Source: Tubiluchus corallicola (lineage: Eukaryota > Animalia > Priapulida). Taken from it: DNA of 64,000 nucleotides. Within the stretch, counting starts at the first letter, position 1; each line of letters opens with the position of its first letter. The translations under genes were made by a program, and so were the position numbers. The notes under the pieces are model-generated. The model saw only the letters and a program-made list of their open reading frames with translations. It had not been told where the DNA came from and did no database searches. The stretch covers positions 372,001 through 436,000 of the forward strand of contig JAQGDQ010000175.1 in assembly GCA_030141605.1 (NCBI GenBank). Reading direction: 5' to 3'. Positions 13,010-26,699 of this stretch are shown in pieces.

Positions 13010-13203
13010 ACAACAACAACAACGACAATGCCAACGCCAACGCCAACGCCACCGCCACCGCCAACAGCAACAGTTATAGTAGTAATAGTAATAGTAATAG
13101 TAATAGTAATAGTAATAGTAATAGTAATAGTAATAGTAACAGTAACAGTAACAGTAACAGTAACAGTAACAGTAACAGTAACAGTAACAGTAACAGTAAC
13201 AGT
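13010..13203. repeat. Compound microsatellite (CAA/CCAACG/AGTAAT/AGTAAC)
   Basis: Direct inspection. Confidence 0.95.
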
Positions 13204-13445
13204 ACACGTGTTTCCGTTCCCTTGGCCCTCTGTACACGACTCTGCTTCAAGTTTGACTACTGTATCAGCTGTGCAACACATGGTTACAGTATTACATACA
13301 TTATTTTAGCTAGTTGCTCTAAATATTAATTTATACCTTAGTTTAATGTTGCCGTTTTCTGAAAAGTAGAAAATTTTGAACTATGAAATGTTTTAATTCT
13401 CCTATCACTGTCAAACATTGTAATTAACAATTCTATGGTTAATAA

Positions 13446-13608
13446 ACTACTGCTGCTACTGCTACTACTGCTGCTGCTACTACTACTGCTGCTACTAATA
13501 CTGCTACTGCTACTGCTGCTGCTGCTGCTGCTGCTACTACTACTGCTACTACTACTGCTGCTGCTGCTGCTACTACTACTACTGCTGCTACTACTACTAC
13601 TGCTGCTG

Positions 13609-13643
<35 letters not shown>

Positions 13644-13832
13644 ACTACTACTACTACTGCTACTACTACTACTACTGCTACTACTACTGCTACTACTACT
13701 GCTGCTGCTGCTGCTACTGCTACTGCTGCTACTACTACTGCTACTACTGCTACTGCTGCTGCTACTACCCCGCCACCATACCTACACACCGCCATCCACC
13801 GTACCACTACCACCACCACCACCACTACCACT

Positions 13833-13867
<35 letters not shown>

Positions 13868-14050
13868 CATCTACACTACTACTACTACTACCACCACCAC
13901 TACCACTACCACCACCACTACCACTGCCGCTGCCGCCGCTGCCACACGCTGCTGCCACTACCGCCGCTGCTGCTGCTACCACTCGCCACCACTACCGCTG
14001 CCGCTACCACCACCACCACTGCTGCTACTGCTACTCTACCGCAGCCGCTG

Positions 14051-14115
<65 letters not shown>

Positions 14116-14709
14116 GCTGCTACCACTACTACAACACTACCAATACCACTACCACCACCACCACCGCCGCCGCCGCCGCCGCTGCCGCCGCCGCCGCTGC
14201 CGCCGCCACCACCCCGCCACCGCCACCACCGCTACCACCACCACCGCCACCACCACTACCAACCACCACGCCGCCGCTGCCAACCGCCGCCGCACGCCAC
14301 CACCGCCGCCGCCGCCACCACCGCCACCACCACCGCCGCGCCACCACCACCACCACCACCGCCGCCACCGCCACCACCGCCGCCGCCGCCACCACCACCG
14401 CCTACCACTGCCACCACTACCGCCACCGCCGCCACTGCCGCCGCTACCACCGCCGTCCACCACCACCGCCAGTACCACCACCTGCCACCGCTGCCGCTAC
14501 CACCGCGCCGCCGCTACCACCGCTGCCGCTACCACTACCGCTGCCACCAATACTCACCAGCTGCCGCTACCACCGCCGCTGCTACTACTACTACTACTGC
14601 TGCTGCTGCTACACGGCTGCTGCTGCTGATGCTACTGCTACTGCTACTGCTGCCGCTGCCGCTGCCGCTGCCGCTGCCGCTGCCGCTACCGCTACCGCTA
14701 CCGCTACCG

Positions 14710-14780
<71 letters not shown>

Positions 14781-14874
14781 ACTACCTCTGCTACTACTAC
14801 TGCTATTACTACTGCTACTACTACTGCTACTGCTGCTGCTACTACCTCTGCTACTACTACTGCTATTACTACTG

Positions 14875-14912
<38 letters not shown>

Positions 14913-15122
14913 GCTGCTACTGCTACTACTGCTGCTGCTGCTACTGCTGCTGCTGCTACTACTGCTGCTGCTGCTGCTGCTACTACTGCTGCTACTGCTG
15001 CTGTTACTGCTGCTGCTACTACTACTACTGCTGCTACTGCTGCTGCTGCTGCTACTGCTGCTGCTGCTGCTGCTACTGCTACTACTGCTACTACTGCTGC
15101 TGCTACTACTACTACTGCTACT
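13446..15122. repeat. 1.7-kb compound trinucleotide tract (CTG/CTA flanks, CCA/CCG core)
   Basis: Direct inspection; source of the poly-L/P/T/S ORFs. Confidence 0.95.
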
Positions 15123-15894
15123 GGAAATTACAGACAAGGGTTTCGAGGACCATATCAAAAAATTAAATTTGATGTCAAATAGCTTTAATAAAGAGAAAGC
15201 GAGCCTGTCCTGATCGCGCACTGTTAACACTAATTTATGTCTAATTTATTGCAGTCAGAAAGGCTGCATTACGCTTAAACATTAGTGGGTATTGATTGAT
15301 TGTGATTTTGCATTAATTGTGCTGTGAAAATAATCCAGTCAAAAATAGTCATTAGAGAAATATAACGATTTGTATAAATTCTAGCCACACTAATAATACA
15401 CTTTATTAACAAAATTCAAATTTAACTGTTACACTTTACATTTCAAATTAAGTTACAAATCACAACAAAAACAATCACATAATTCACAGCACTTTAAATA
15501 ATAATCTCACATACAGGCCTATATAAAAAACAAGAAAAAGGGGACCACACTTTTGTGGTACCTGCTGATAGGTGGTCACTGATCAGCGGTGACACTTTCT
15601 CTTTATAGGCAAGGTTAACTAAACGCATGGTTACACATGCATGAACGAAGCATACGATCTAAATAATATTGTAAGGCCACCAAAGAAGCCAGGCTTGGTT
15701 TAAAGCGGATTTTCCGTCACTAAACAAATAGAAGCACCAACAATTATTCTGACTCTTCTATACGAAGATACTTTTATTCTTAGCCTACTTTGTTTTTCAT
15801 TGTCAACAACTATACAGATAAAACAGGTGTTAGCGTTCTACCATTTTTATTTACCAAAATTATTGCACACAATTTTAAAAATAAAATCTGTGAC

Positions 15895-16139
15895 TCAGAT
15901 AATGTGTGAACTATGATAAGGATCATTATTATATATTAACTGGGATGTTCCGGATCCGGTACCCCGAGTTTTTCTTTGGTTACGCAGTCGCCTGCGATGT
16001 TTGTTTACTTCGTCGCTTAAGTGTTTTATCATGGAAAGTTCCTCTACCCTGCCTGGAATACTGGCATAAAGCTTCCTATGTGGAATTGGAGGTTCAGCTG
16101 ATACGGCTTGTTGGCCAGAGAAAGTGCAATCACATTTAC
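15895..16139 (-). CDS. Short secreted collagen, terminal exon (non-helical basic C-tail)
   Basis: catttag acceptor, phase 1 matching the 17168 donor; open for about 80 codons: GKCDCTFSGQQAVSAEPPIPHRKLYAS...NKHRRRLRNQRKTRGTGSG...SSHII*. Confidence 0.8.
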
Positions 16140-16331
16140 CTAAATGTACAAAATAGTAACTTTAATTGTGACTATAAAGCGCCTATAATATAAAGAGTAA
16201 AAAAACGCATTTGTCGGTCTACAGTGTACCCTTTTTGCGCTACTTCAAGCAAAACTTCTTGCTGCCAGCGAATTATGGAAAATTTTTGCTTGCTGTAGTC
16301 AAATAGCAGCCACGCTTGGCACGACAGTTTT

Positions 16332-16577
16332 GTGGCATTAAAACTAGGCGTGTGGCACTTGGCATTAAAACTAGGCGTGTGGCACTTGGCATTAAAACTA
16401 GGCGTGTGACACTTGGCATCAAACAAAACTAGGTGTGTGGCACTTGGCATTAAAACTAGGCGTGTGACACTTGGCATTAAAACTAGGCGTGTGACACTTG
16501 GCATTAAAACTAGACGTGTGGCACTTGGCATCAAAACTAGGCGTGTGACACTTGGCATCAAAACTAGACGCATCAAA
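16332..16577. repeat. 27-bp minisatellite, ~9 copies (collagen intron)
   Basis: GTGGCACTTGGCATTAAAACTAGGCGT unit. Confidence 0.93.
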
Positions 16578-16789
16578 AATTAGACTTAGTGCAAAAATCA
16601 GCCCTTTTCTTTTGGTGCTTTCCTTTCCTTTCATTTTATTTTGAAGTATTTTTATTATTCTTGAAATAATTGCTAGACCAGCAGACCGAATTTCATACAG
16701 TCAGTAATTTACCGCTTTGCATTATTGCAAATAGATAAGTTTAAGATCTGAGAGTGGTCATTGTTAAAATGATAGATATAAACGAATAT

Positions 16790-16967
16790 CTTGCTTACCT
16801 TGCTTATTATGTCTTGCCTTGTCTCGCCTTACCTTACCTTACCTGGCCTTACTTTGCCTTGCCTTGCCTTACCTTACCTTGCCTTGCCTTACTTTGCCTT
16901 GTCCTGCCTTATTATGTCTTGCCTTACAATACCTTGCCTTGCGTTACCCTGCATTACCTTCCTTGCC
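16790..16967. repeat. Degenerate (CCTTG/CCTTA)n pentanucleotide repeat
   Basis: Direct inspection. Confidence 0.9.
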
Positions 16968-17167
16968 AAGTTTCATATGCATACAATTCTTCCTCAATGG
17001 TTTACTTTGGCCAACAGAAACAGTTTTCTTGTCCTCTAATGACCAAGCCCCGCATAGCTTAACTTGGGTTGCTAAACACACAATATGACCACACAATAAC
17101 ACCACGATAAAACGAGTTATTTTTAAATTAAGTTCATGAGTGCTAAACATGAATGCATACTACTTAC

Positions 17168-18196
17168 CAGGTGGACCTGGCAATCCACGTGGACCACGTA
17201 AACCAGTACCAGGGCGACCAGGAAGACCAGGAGGGGATGGCAGACCAGGAAGTCCACGAAGACCCTGTGCACCAGATGGTCCTGATGGGCCAGAAGGCCC
17301 TGATGGTCCGGGTGGTCCAGATGGACCAGAAGGTCCAGTTGCCCCTGTTGGGCCAGATGGCCCTGATGGGCCAGATAGACCTGGTGCACCAGATGGTCCT
17401 GATGGGCCAGAAGGCCCTGGTGGGCCTGATGGTCCCAGTGGGCCAGATGGACCAGTTGCCCCTCTTGGGCCAGATGGCCCCGATGGGCCAGATGGACCTG
17501 GTTCACCAGAAGGACCTGGTGGGCCTGAAGGACCAGGATCACCGGGAGGGCCAGAAGGACCAGAAGGACCAGAAGGACCAGGGGGCCCACTTGGGCCAGA
17601 TGGACCTGCTGCACCAGATGGTCCTAGTGGGCCAGACGGCCCTATCGGGCCAGATGGACCGGTAGGCCCAGTTGCACCAGCTGGGCCCGAAGGACCAGAA
17701 GGGCCAGGTAGCCCTGATGGACCTGGTTCACCTGAAGGACCTGATGGGCCAGACGGCCCTGTTGGACCAGGTGGACCGGAAGGACCAGTTGCACCAGCTG
17801 GGCCTGAAGGACCAGAAGGACCAGGTGGACCTGTTTCACCAGATGGCCCTGATGGGCCAGACGGCCCTGTTGGACCAGGTGGACCAGAAGGACCAGTTGC
17901 ACCTGCTGGGCCCGAAGGACCTGAAGGACCAGGAGGCCCTGATGGTCCTGGTTCACCAGAAGGACCTGGTGGGCCTGAAGGACCAGGATCACCGGAAGGG
18001 CCAGGAGGACCGGAAGGACCAGAAGGACCAGGGAGACCGCTTGGGCCAGGTGGACCTGTTCCGCCAGATGGCCCTGGTGGGCCAGACGGTCCTGTTGGAC
18101 CTTCTGCGCCGGAAGGACCAGTTGCACCAGTTGGGCCTGAAGGACCAGAAGGACCAGGAGGACCAGGAGGACCAGACGGACAAGGATCATCACAAT
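17168..18196 (-). CDS. Short secreted collagen, triple-helix exon
   Basis: ttttgcag acceptor, G|gtaagt donor, 1029 nt phase 1-1; CDDPC followed by ~110 Gly-X-Y triplets with synonymous codon variation. Confidence 0.95.
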
Positions 18197-18388
18197 CTGC
18201 AAAATAAAATTGCACGTAAAGTAATTATTGTAAAAAAAAATTTCTTTGCTTTATCTATAAAAACTCTTGAAGAAAACTGAGAAAAGAGCTGTTTTCCTTC
18301 ACCGACTTACGTGCAGGCTCTAACTTTATACAATTCATCAATAAAATATTTAAACATTAGCAATTAATACTTACAAATTGTTAGTTAC

Positions 18389-18487
18389 CGTTCAAATCAT
18401 CATTATCATTATCATCATCATCATCATCATCATCGTCGTCGTCGTCACCATTGTCATCATCTTCATCGTCAGCATCATGATCGTCGG
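18389..18487 (-). CDS. Collagen exon 2, poly-Asp segment
   Basis: ctgcag acceptor, G|gtaact donor, 99 nt phase 1-1: ADDHDADDEDDDNGDDDDDDDDDDDDNDNDDLN; weak polypyrimidine tract. Confidence 0.6.
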
Positions 18488-18638
18488 CTGCAGTGGTGGC
18501 ATCATCATCATCAATAGGTAACGAGGCAATAATGATGATGATGATGATGACGATGAAAATGAGGATGATTATGATGATGATTATGAGGATGAGGAACATG
18601 AGAGTGTCTTGATTACATTAATACATTAAATTGATTAC

Positions 18639-18750
18639 CGTTGTCATCGTCATCGTCATCATTATCACCCTGCGTTGTGAGGAGACAAGACATCAAAACC
18701 AACGCCAGCAAATACAGGTAGCCATGATTTCCAAAATTGAATGTCAACAT
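18639..18750 (-). CDS. Collagen first coding exon: signal peptide + acidic start
   Basis: tttctag|ATG; MLTFNFGNHGYLYLLALVLMSCLLTTQG-DNDDDDDDN; phase-1 donor G|gtaatc. Confidence 0.82.
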
Positions 18751-19056
18751 CTAGAAAGAAAGATTACCTAGGAAAATTCATTTTACAGTAGCAGGTGTAT
18801 ACAAAATATATCCACAATTCTAATTAAGCTGTGGGGAAAACACCTATGCCTAACTAGTAATTAGATGGGTGATTGTCATGAAGTGTTTGCTGTTTCAACT
18901 AAAACATACATGCCGCCTCTGATCTGAAAGTCCACTTTATATGGCCTCCAAAACTTGTAAGGCTAGGACATTACTGCAATTCAGTACCTCATCTTAGAAG
19001 ATCATCTTTATCAACGAACTAGATTTTTCGGTTTCTGCCAAAACGATTTATGTTAA

Positions 19057-19501
19057 AGGAAGACCGGACAATTGTTCCTTATATTTGAATAATTAGCTTA
19101 GAAAGTTAATTAACGGCAGCCGAACACAGCTATTGCTTACGTCAGAAACTAAGCACAGTTATTGCAATGGTAGGCATCTTCCCTTGCGCGCCAAGCACTT
19201 TGCATAGGTGTTCAATGATGTCACGAAAATGAACTTTACATCATATGACGTCAGAAACTAACACGGCAGTTCATGATCATAGTTATCACGGTACCGCCTT
19301 CTATTTGTCAGCGCAGCGAATGTGACAAAAAGACGCCGCTGCCAATCTTAGTAGATTCACTGAGCCGCGCGTAGTTATTAGCTCCGAGGTAGTTATTATT
19401 TAATCTAAGCTTTGATTTAAAATAAGCTATTGTAGTTTTCTTCAATATTTTAGAGCAATCTTTATTGTGAACTAATGTTTACACAATCATCCGGTTTTCC
19501 T
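19057..19501. mobile_element. Kolobok/T2-like MITE family A copy 2
   Basis: TTAA|AGGAAGACCGGA...TCCGGTTTTCCT|TTAA; homologous to 849-1790. Confidence 0.85.
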
Positions 19502-21708
19502 TTAAGTAGGCTTATTAAGAAGGCCTATGACTGAATGAAAAATACAACCTGCAATAATGTAGGCCATAACAAAACTAGACTAGACCAGCAACACGTGCCA
19601 CATACAAGATAAGATGGGATCATATTATTCGTCTCCTGCAAGTTTAGCAGTTCATAGAAACATCTAGATATTTTTAAAATTTAGCAGAGAGAAAATGAAA
19701 GATATTTTGTGGTATCAATGCAGAAGGATACGTAAATAGTATGAAGAAAGAAAGAGAAAGACCACACGGCAAACTAAGTCAGCCACCCTTATTTTAGTGA
19801 TTCTGTAGTTTTTAGAATAAACTGTTGATGGTGCAAAATTCCTTTGTTAAAATTCACCAAGTTGCTGAAAACTAGAATTAATAACAAAAGTAACAATGAG
19901 AAAATTGAACAATATATATGTAAATATTGTGTCTGGTATTTCTAAATTAATATTTTATAACACTGAAGTACATTTATATGTTTTAAAGTGTAATAAATAA
20001 ATTTTAAACCTAAAAAAAATTAACAAATGCAAAAGCAAAATAATTGAACTAATATATAATTATAGGTAAATAAAGCAGCATGATAATTACGGATATTAAT
20101 ACATGCGTGAAACTTCAAAATTAATTTCAGTGTTTTTAATTGCGTTAACAATGAAACAACTTGAAATAACGACTGAATTGATTAAACAAAAAATGCATAA
20201 CAAAGAGATAAGCAATCCTCTACGACTTATCAAACCCAAAAACTCATGGATTAATATTCAAAAGCAAATTACATAAAATATTCAATCAAAAAACGTTAAG
20301 CATGTACAGCATTCTAGTTGAATAATACGATAAAAACTTACTGTTGTACTTTACTTTTTCGATGAGTGTACGACTTCTAGAACCTTACCACTACCGACTA
20401 CCAATCATCAAACTTGATTTCGCTCGAATCAGAAAAACGTCCACTGATTAACAGCCAATCATCAGACATCATAGAAATAGGTAAACTGGCAAAAGTATGG
20501 ATTTGTATTGCATTTGATTAATTGCAAGTTTTATATTTGACATTTCAAAATCAGTGCATTGGTCGTAGCTGTGAGTAATGGATGAAATTAGCTAATACCA
20601 CTAGGCAAAGTTGCCAAGGCACCAAATTCTAGAAAAACTTTTTGATTTTAAACTTTGGGATAAATAATAACCTTAGTGCATGTGTAACTGCTTAAGTGCA
20701 CAACGTACAAACGAATTTCATGCCACAATGTAGGCCAAGGCCTCGGTAACACGGAGTTGCCTTCCCGCAACAAAACACGTTACGTCATTTCAGGCAGGCG
20801 CTACTTACGCGTTACTTTGTTTTTGTATTATTGTAGTATTACTGTGGTATGTGAAAGTTTGTAATACTTAGGTAGTGTAGTATCTGTAATGTTTTATATC
20901 TGTGGTGTTTATTTAAAGCGATATACATACGATATATGGCCTATTACTTTACATATAAACACAAATTATTGTGTATTGTTCGAATGTATAATTGTGCCAT
21001 GTGTCTATGTGAACGTACATGTATTAATTCCGTCTATAATATGTATTATTTTATATGAGATTGTGCTTGTAAAAGTGTGCTCTAGTTTTTTTAGATAGGA
21101 GTATTTTACTGTAGCTAATATCTTTTTTACTTTATTACTTGTGTTTTCATGCACCCCTACTGCACTCGCAGTTTTAATTTTTTGCACCAGACGCGTTTGC
21201 CTATTAGCAGTGTAGCCCAGCATTCACTGAATGATATTTCACACTGTATAATGTATACTATCATTGTTTGATGGCACATAAAGATATATATATATATTAT
21301 ATACATATATGTGCATCGTTTGTATAGTTTACATAAAGCAACAGAGCAAAGTAACCGTTAATAGCAGCAAATCCTTCCGTTCATAAAAACGTTTCTTGAA
21401 ATAGCAATTATAAGTTTATAAGAGATGAACTTATAAGAAATCGAAGCCCTCGGGAGGTTAATACAGAAAGGAAACGAATTTAAAAGAGGTGGCTGACACT
21501 AGACAGCAAAAAGATTCAATAAAGAAACTTTTCAAACAGACCAGAGTTATGATTGTCAAGCTACAATGTTGAAGTACATCAGTGAACTTCAAAAAGTAGT
21601 TTTGGTTTTAAAAATTTTCAGATGCAAAAGCTGAGAGAAAAACTAACCAAGAGTATGAACTGTTCATTAAGAATGGGCAGCTGAAATTCAAATTGGGCTC
21701 TTAGAGAC

Positions 21709-22927
21709 CAAGGTTGGTACAAAAAATACCGTACTTCGTACCTTTACAAAATACCGTCCGTAATTCCGTGTCATAACTGCAAAATTGAGTCGTACCGTAC
21801 TAATGCGATAAAAATTAATATCGTACCGTAATTTCTTACCAAATTCTGTACCAAGTTCATGTTGGACATATTGTGAGAGTCATAAAAATTAATTGTAAAC
21901 TCGATTAATATATCAATTCCATTCTATTTATGCACCATTTCATACCATTCAGTTTGAAATTCCGTACCAATTATTTTAGGCAACAAAAGTTACATAACTA
22001 TGCACCAGATATAAATTTACTTTAAGCTACTTTTTGCTTTATTAATAATTATTTGGCAGACACGACGACTGTGTAATTGTCTTAAATTACTTGCTCACTA
22101 GTGACAAACTTTTAGTGTTAATTCAGTGGCCTAAAACACCTGCAGCTATAATCATAATCATAATACAACGCTAGTTAATACTAGAAGTTATATGCAGCTT
22201 TTATAGAAAAACTTAGAACGCACGTCAACCTAAGAAACAATCTAACATAAACCTACCTTAAGCTTGATAACTTTACCTGCACGTAAATTGTTTATGTGCA
22301 TAAAAATATCTAGTTATTAAATGCTGTGGCCATGCAAGTTAATAATGCCGGTGCGTCTCGAATTTCTTTTGCCGGCAAAGCAAACATTCAGCTCAGGTGA
22401 TATGCAGTTCATAAATCGTTGCTGTTTTGCACAGATCGGCAAAGTTCTAAACGTTCCTCGTTAAGGACATACATTTTGAAATGTTTTTGTTTCAAAAGAA
22501 TCTATATAACTTAAGATGTTCAGTGTATTTCTACACAAAGCGTTAACAGTCAAAAATAGCAGTTAAAATATCGTTGTTACATGAACAGGTGTGAAACACG
22601 GGAAACAAAATACCCGACGTTATTTACGGGAAATGACAACCCGGGGCTTCTAAACAACTGTCGGCTTCTGCACCCAAAACGAACAAATGTAGCAGCATAA
22701 GCTGTTTTGTTTTCGTGTGCTCTGCGTTAATTAGGGAGAACAATAAGTCGCACTCATGAGCATAACAAGTCGTCACGCAGAGTTGTTACAAGAAGCTGAG
22801 TAAAAATAGTACGGAAAAGGTACAGAAAAGGTGCGAAAAAACACTTTCGTACCGTACTGCTGAAATTGTACCGTAATTTGGGACAAACTATACTTTTAAG
22901 AAATCTTATTTCGTACCGGGACAATGG
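21709..22927. mobile_element. Possible non-autonomous DNA transposon with subterminal GTACCGTAC clusters
   Basis: (GT)ACCGTAC motif clusters at both ends; TIR imperfect, no TSD found. Confidence 0.35.
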
Positions 22928-25900
22928 AATCATAAATTCAATCAAAACAACTCAGAAACTTTGTTAGTACCTTACAACACATGTATAAGGCATCCGGGAA
23001 CCATTATAATTGCATTATACATACAAAAAATCAATTTTGCGGGTTTTTTGCACAGTGGGTTGACATCATGGGAAAAAAAGACTGCGGAGGGGGCACTAAG
23101 AATAATTTCACCCTAGGGTATGAAATACATAGAGTTTGCTGATCAATATATAATAATTAATCTGTTCCGATTGGTAAGAATATACATAGGATCGAATTTG
23201 AATAGACTTACTAATAAATAATAATAGTGCTACATTTAAGTGACGCTGTTAATTTGCTATTGCATGTATACTATGCAGTAAAATATCCCAGTTGCTTCCT
23301 TTGAATATATAAGACATTCGCATCTCAGGCTTATGATATTTTAAATGAAATGGATAAGAGTTTAATAATGTCATAAGAAATTTCAACTGATATAACATGA
23401 ACGAGAAATGCGCTACTGGTGTTACAATAATGAACAGCAAAATAGCCAATAAAAATCAATAATAATTTCTTCTTCCATCAACAAAGGTGATTTTCCTCTA
23501 CTGCTGTCCCACACCTCTTCTCTTTTTCAAAAGAAAAAGGACCAATCTCTAATTTTCAATGTTACTTACACGTTGCTTGCAGCAAGAGTTGTATAGTTTA
23601 CTTCACCATCACATGTAAAGTAAAAAATCTCCATATTTCAGTGCAATAATATCAATAAAATTCAATATGGTTATAGACAGACTTTTAAACTGTAGTCAGT
23701 TACACGTTTGCATGAATGTTTCAACATTTTGACGAAACCGCCGCACTATTATAACGGAAAAAATTCTACAAAACTTTTAAGATGTGCAGCTATTGCGGTG
23801 TAAAAGAAACAATATTATCACCACCATACTTACGCTTGCAAGCTTGACCAGAACTTTGCACAAGATTTGGTGTTGCGTTTGTTCACTAAAACCGTAATGA
23901 CAATGACACTACATTCACGTGATATCTGTCTTTTTGACACTAACGTGTCACGTGACTTACGTTAGTTACGTCGCAGAAAGAATGCCTATCGTTCAATTGT
24001 CACGAGATGAGTACTGTTCCCAAGTAGGAATATTGTATACTTTTCAAGAATTATAACGTTATCTAAGTTATAAGATAAACGGTTAAACTTGAGACCTCAA
24101 AAATAGGTAATGTAAATTGGTATTATAATTATCAATATTTGGCAAATAGATGTAACTACCCCATAACTGAATTTATTATCGACTGGTTTCGAATAAACAG
24201 TTCATTGTCAAGGCATCTAAAACAAAGAAATTTACCAGAATTTAGAACAACACCGATATGCAATTCAGTAGTTAGATAACCAAAATATGTATGATATGAC
24301 GTCACAAACGAACATAATTTTCAACAGCAAAAATATTCCACGTTGCACGTGTTTGTGAAATAAAAAATGCAAGTACAGTATCACCGTAAGAGATTCAGTG
24401 TGTTTTAATAAAACTAGGCAAGCCTTCCAGATAAAAATTCAGATTCTAAATTTACCGCTATTCTCACGCATGAGCTGTCGAACATATGCATAACGTGAGA
24501 AACGAACACATCTGAACAGAGAGGTACAGCACCTGTTTTTTGTGCAATACATTTTCGACGGGCAGGCGCAAGTGCCTGTCTAACTAGAAAACGGCGAAAT
24601 GCACGTAACAGCGAAGAACTAGTGGCGCAAATGCAAAATTGTATTCGTGTGGTAATAATTCTTTCAAGTAAGTCATTTTTGAGAAAATACTATTTTTCTT
24701 TTCATTATTTGAAAGGGCAGATTGTGTTGTCTTACAGTTAAAGATTGTGCCCGGTTTTGCTTTTAGTTTGGGGGTCTAGGTATCTATTGCTCGGCGTTTT
24801 ACATGAGAAAAATAACTCCTCAATGCTACTGATACTAGTGTAAAGCTGATTTACACCTACTAACTAATAGTGATATACACCTACGAACAACTACATCCTA
24901 CCTCCAACTATCTAATAACAAATTCAAAGGTGTCACTCACCTCTGAATTTAATCGTTCGCCAAAGGTGTCACTCACCTCAAGGTAGGCAAACACAGTAAT
25001 AGTTTTTCAAAACATTTAGAAGCGAATGACATTTTTTACCTTCAGGCCATACATGTAAGTTAAACATGGCTAGGGTTGAATTGTTCAGCTCAAGAGAATG
25101 ATTGTCGTGAAGCTCACGATGATCATATGTCATTATTTTTTATTATTATGTCATATGTCATTATTTTTTATTCATTATGTCATGTTATTGCATTCTCTGG
25201 TTAAAACATTAAAAAATCCCATACAAGAAATTTCAGCTGTAAAATAAGTCTATTTCTTCATATACAGTCTAAACTTTCATCCTTGAACTATGTAGTATGC
25301 ATAACATTTACCTTTCATAGAATTGCTGGCTTCCTTGCTTCATAGAAAAACTTACCTGGTCAGTTGGCTTTCAGAGATCTTGGAATAAACATGTGCTGTG
25401 AATAATTTGTATGACTAACTGATTTGTATGAATAAACTCACCTGTGTTCTACCTATGTCTTAGCTATTTTACCTTCAGATTTCTTCATAATGATACGCTT
25501 TACAAAGGATAAACTTGTAAGAGAGCAGTTGATTCAATGGTGTGACAGACGCGAAAAGATTTCCAGGGGGCAGGATGATAAGGTTTGGTGGCTTTGGCCA
25601 TTAGTGACTGTTTTACGTTATCTGTTAAATGAGCCACATTTATGAGGAAAATAAAGGTTGTCTTTTCACTATACCCATTATCATTACTATGTAATGACTT
25701 TTCACACTCCATCAATTCAGTTAATAATTACATTGTGTGAACAAGCATACTGACAAGTGTTCACACTAATGTCACCAAATTAACAAGTTTCAGATTCTTT
25801 GTTAGACTGAACTGCAAATAAGTGTACATAGTACAGTACACTAATTAAACTCAAATGACATCACAAACTAATAACAAAAAACACAAACAACAGCAAATCA

Positions 25901-26699
25901 TACAATCTACAACGGCACACATACAAAATTACCACCAAATGAAAAAAGTTTCTCAGGTGAGTCACTGGGAAAGATTCAGATTTCGGTCCCTACTCACTAT
26001 TTTCAATCTTTCCCGGTGGGGACCCAGTCACACTGACAGCCCGACATTAGATGTACAAAGCACACACAGAACATCAACGTAAACCAACTGCAACGGTGAC
26101 AAAAATAGAGAAGCAGTTCCTACAACGTGACCACAAAGCGTATTTAAGTAATTTTAGATATTCATAAGTACGCTTATATAAGAATTTTTAGTTCAGTATC
26201 GCTGATTTATAGCTTGCTAATGACCAGGAATTAAGTTTGTGGAATTTTCATTTCTAACCGGCGATATACTACCTTATTTCAGTGAAATTTCGGACAAACA
26301 CTAACATTTATCGGACGAAGTTCACTTCACTTGTAAGTTATAGCAATTTTATGCAAACATAGCGAAATGTTATTGAATGGGATAGGTATGAGTAATTAAT
26401 TTCTGTTTTGCATGTTAGTGGGCACATCTAGCAGCATTCTGTCGAGCAGCACCTCTTGTAGTTCAGCCACTGCTGTCAGGTTCTAGCAGAAAAAGACTCA
26501 AATTATTGCTGTTCCTTTGCCTTTGAATAGGGAGAATCACTGGAAATAAAATCGTTACATTTGTACAAAAAGTACACTAACTAGAGCAAGCCTGAGGCTC
26601 AAATGTGTAGTAAGGATTTATCTGAAATGTTTTTGTAGGTCACAATAGACAATTATAACTATCATTGCAAAATGTCCAAACAAAATTTTACTCATTCCT

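Noticed and set aside
13435-15230. 592-aa poly-Leu/Pro ORF and overlapping poly-Ser/Val ORFs
   Set aside because: Translation of a trinucleotide microsatellite
17140-18280. Plus-strand Gly-Pro-Asp/Glu collagen-like ORF and other overlapping frames
   Set aside because: Antisense shadow of the collagen (GGN/CCN complementarity); splice sites and signal peptide are on the minus strand
18488-18599. Poly-Ile hydrophobic N-terminus of ORF 18381-18599
   Set aside because: (ATC)n intronic microsatellite; a proper signal-peptide exon exists at 18639-18750
25300-25650. Clustered minus-strand splice donors and a short DKVWWLWPLV frame
   Set aside because: No coherent exon chain or recognisable domain; likely transposon debris
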